The notes beneath the pieces were generated by a model. The model was not told the origin of the DNA, searched no databases, and saw only the letters and a program-made list of their open reading frames with translations. From Pseudomonadota bacterium (lineage in GTDB: Bacteria; UBA10199; 2-02-FULL-44-16; JAAZCA01), in contig JBDRBN010000022.1 of the NCBI GenBank assembly GCA_043822785.1, positions 1 to 24,782 of the forward strand: DNA of 24,782 nucleotides, read 5' to 3'. A program made the position numbers and the translations under genes. Positions 23,367-24,782 of this stretch are shown one piece after another; position 1 is the first letter of the stretch; every line of letters begins with the position of its first letter.

Positions 23367-23618
23367 ATTAGCTGGCAGTGAGGAATTTCGGTTCTAGCGC
23401 CTCCAGCGGCTCCCCTTTCGCGGTCTCGCTGGCTGCGGACCCTCACCACTCAAACTGCGTGTCAAAAACAAAGGCTTAGGCCTTCGCACGCTTGATTGCT
23501 CGGCCTAAGTCTTTGTTTTGACTTACGCAATTCTGCTGGCGTTTCCACATCCAGCTCGCCGCAATGGGGGCCCCGCCGCTTCCCGGCGATGAACCGAAAC
23601 CCCTCACTGCCAGCTAAT
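23367..23618. repeat. ~250-bp imperfect palindrome (MITE-like or structured RNA)
   Basis: 28-bp terminal IRs matching 26/28 (attagctggcagtgagg[aa/gg]tttcggttc); inner stem gtcaaaaacaaaggcttaggcc/ggcctaagtctttgttttgac. Confidence 0.75.
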
Positions 23619-23622
23619 AAAT

Positions 23623-24782
23623 CCCGACTTTGACACTTAAAAATTAAATATTCTTATATTACGCTAAGTTGCAGGCACACCGGGAGTTTATGCCAGCAGG
23701 TTTTTGGATTTTTCGAAGTTGAGGACCTTGGGCGGAGCCTTCAATCCAATGGCAGAGAAAAGCTTGTAAGCGTTGCCGAAAATATCAGTGCGGACCCAGA
23801 TTGTGGATGAGCGCACCTTGACCGGGATGGCTCGCACTTCCTGAAGTTCTCTCATCGCCTCTACCACAGTCAACGGTCTTGGCTTGATGATTTCTTCATC
23901 GATAGCTGGGCTTTCAAGCATCAGATTCTTTTCGCGTAGTGCCTTTGTCAGCAATGCCTCGCAATAGTAGGCAAGAAAGCATAACATCAAGTGCCCTACG
24001 ATTCGATGATCACTCCAGTGAAAAACAGGACGTGAGCGAAGATTCCCTTTGAATTCTCCAAACGCATCCTCAACGATCCACAGCGTCTTGTAATTCTCGA
24101 CAATCTCTTTCGCGCTCATGCTTGCCACATTGGTAATCACGCCAAAATATCCATCACGCAAAGCGTCTTCTGTGATTGCTTTATCGTTGAGTGTAAAAGT
24201 TTTTCCATCATCCAATCCCACGACGTACCTCTGATACGTTGTGTTCGTGACAAATGTTTTCGCCGTGATTTTCTTCTTCGATAACTTCCGGCGTATCTTA
24301 TCCAAAATATCTTCACGCGCTTTGTGGTCTCGTTTAGCTCGAGCCCTTGACCATGTAACGATGCATCGATCTCCTTCATGTGTTGTCTCGTAAACAGCCA
24401 GATTATCATTGATCCAAGTGTATCTGCCAATATCATAAAACTCGTCATGCCGATCCTTGAATACACCAAGCTTCATGCCAACAATGAATTCCCCAAGTTT
24501 GTCTTCATCACGAAGCTCTGCCAAATTCTTCCTCGAAAACAATCCGCGATCTCCTACAAAAATGAATCGCCGAACGCGATATTTCTCGCGTAGCTTCTCC
24601 ATGATGTTACTGATGGTCTTCCCCTCAAACGTATTGCCGGGATAAACTTCAAAACCAATTGGTACTCCATCAGGTGTGACAAGCAGGCCGAACACCACTT
24701 GTGTGCAATCGCTGCGTCTCTCCTTGCTGTATCCAAATTGACGAAGCTCTCCCAAGTCAGTTCGTGTGCTCTCAAACCGGAG
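23623..24782 (-). mobile_element. IS1634-family insertion sequence (partial)
   Basis: Transposase ORF plus a probable terminal IR reading AAGTGTCAAAGTCGGG on the minus strand at 23623-23638; the other end is outside the window. Confidence 0.8.
23688..24782 (-). CDS. IS1634 family DDE transposase (5'-truncated by the window edge)
   Basis: Frame is open to the window end (LRFESTRTDLGELRQFGYSKERRSD); GNTFEGKT, VGDRG, DGYFGVITN, YKTLWIVEDAF..RPVFHW..GHLMLCFLAY. Confidence 0.92.
   Translation of the reverse strand, partial: LRFESTRTDLGELRQFGYSKERRSDCTQVVFGLLVTPDGVPIGFEVYPGNTFEGKTISNIMEKLREKYRVRRFIFVGDRGLFSRKNLAELRDEDKLGEFIVGMKLGVFKDRHDEFYDIGRYTWINDNLAVYETTHEGDRCIVTWSRARAKRDHKAREDILDKIRRKLSKKKITAKTFVTNTTYQRYVVGLDDGKTFTLNDKAITEDALRDGYFGVITNVASMSAKEIVENYKTLWIVEDAFGEFKGNLRSRPVFHWSDHRIVGHLMLCFLAYYCEALLTKALREKNLMLESPAIDEEIIKPRPLTVVEAMRELQEVRAIPVKVRSSTIWVRTDIFGNAYKLFSAIGLKAPPKVLNFEKSKNLLA

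Noticed and set aside
23591..23612. tRNA-like 3' end (..CTCACTGCCA)
   Set aside because: No TTCGA T-loop or cloverleaf; it is one arm of the terminal inverted repeat

Overview
The window has four parts. (1) At 1-1486 (-) are two secreted acidic proteins, one with thrombospondin type-3 repeats. They share a Gly-rich-Cys-Ser/TM/basic C-terminal sorting signal and follow a sigma-54-like promoter. (2) At 1719-16251 (-) is a type III secretion gene cluster: sctT, sctS, sctR, fliO-like, a split sctQ (FliM-like + FliN-like), sctP, sctO, sctN, sctL, sctK/FliG-like, sctI-like, a FliA/WhiG-family sigma factor, sctJ, a TPR chaperone and several candidate secreted substrates. No sctC/D/U/V and no flagellar rod, hook, filament or motor genes are in the window. 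The cluster resembles the deep-branching myxobacterial/deltaproteobacterial T3SS; this taxonomy is inferred. (3) At 16434-23337 (+) is an operon of DUF4349 lipoprotein, MlaE, MlaF, a four-helix-bundle gene, MlaD, a TPR lipoprotein, DUF72 and an MFS transporter. (4) A ~250-bp palindrome is followed by an IS1634-family transposase that runs off the right end. Highlights: an identical GCAACTT-N15-CCGATAAT promoter motif precedes two candidate substrate units, and a sigma-54 site precedes the sigma gene, suggesting a flagellum-style sigma54->sigma28 cascade on an injectisome-like machine. Most intergenic spacers carry inverted heptamer/nonamer arrays or REP-like palindromes, and one heptamer family occurs both 'empty' and 'filled' with a four-helix-bundle (IVS/Avd-like) gene.
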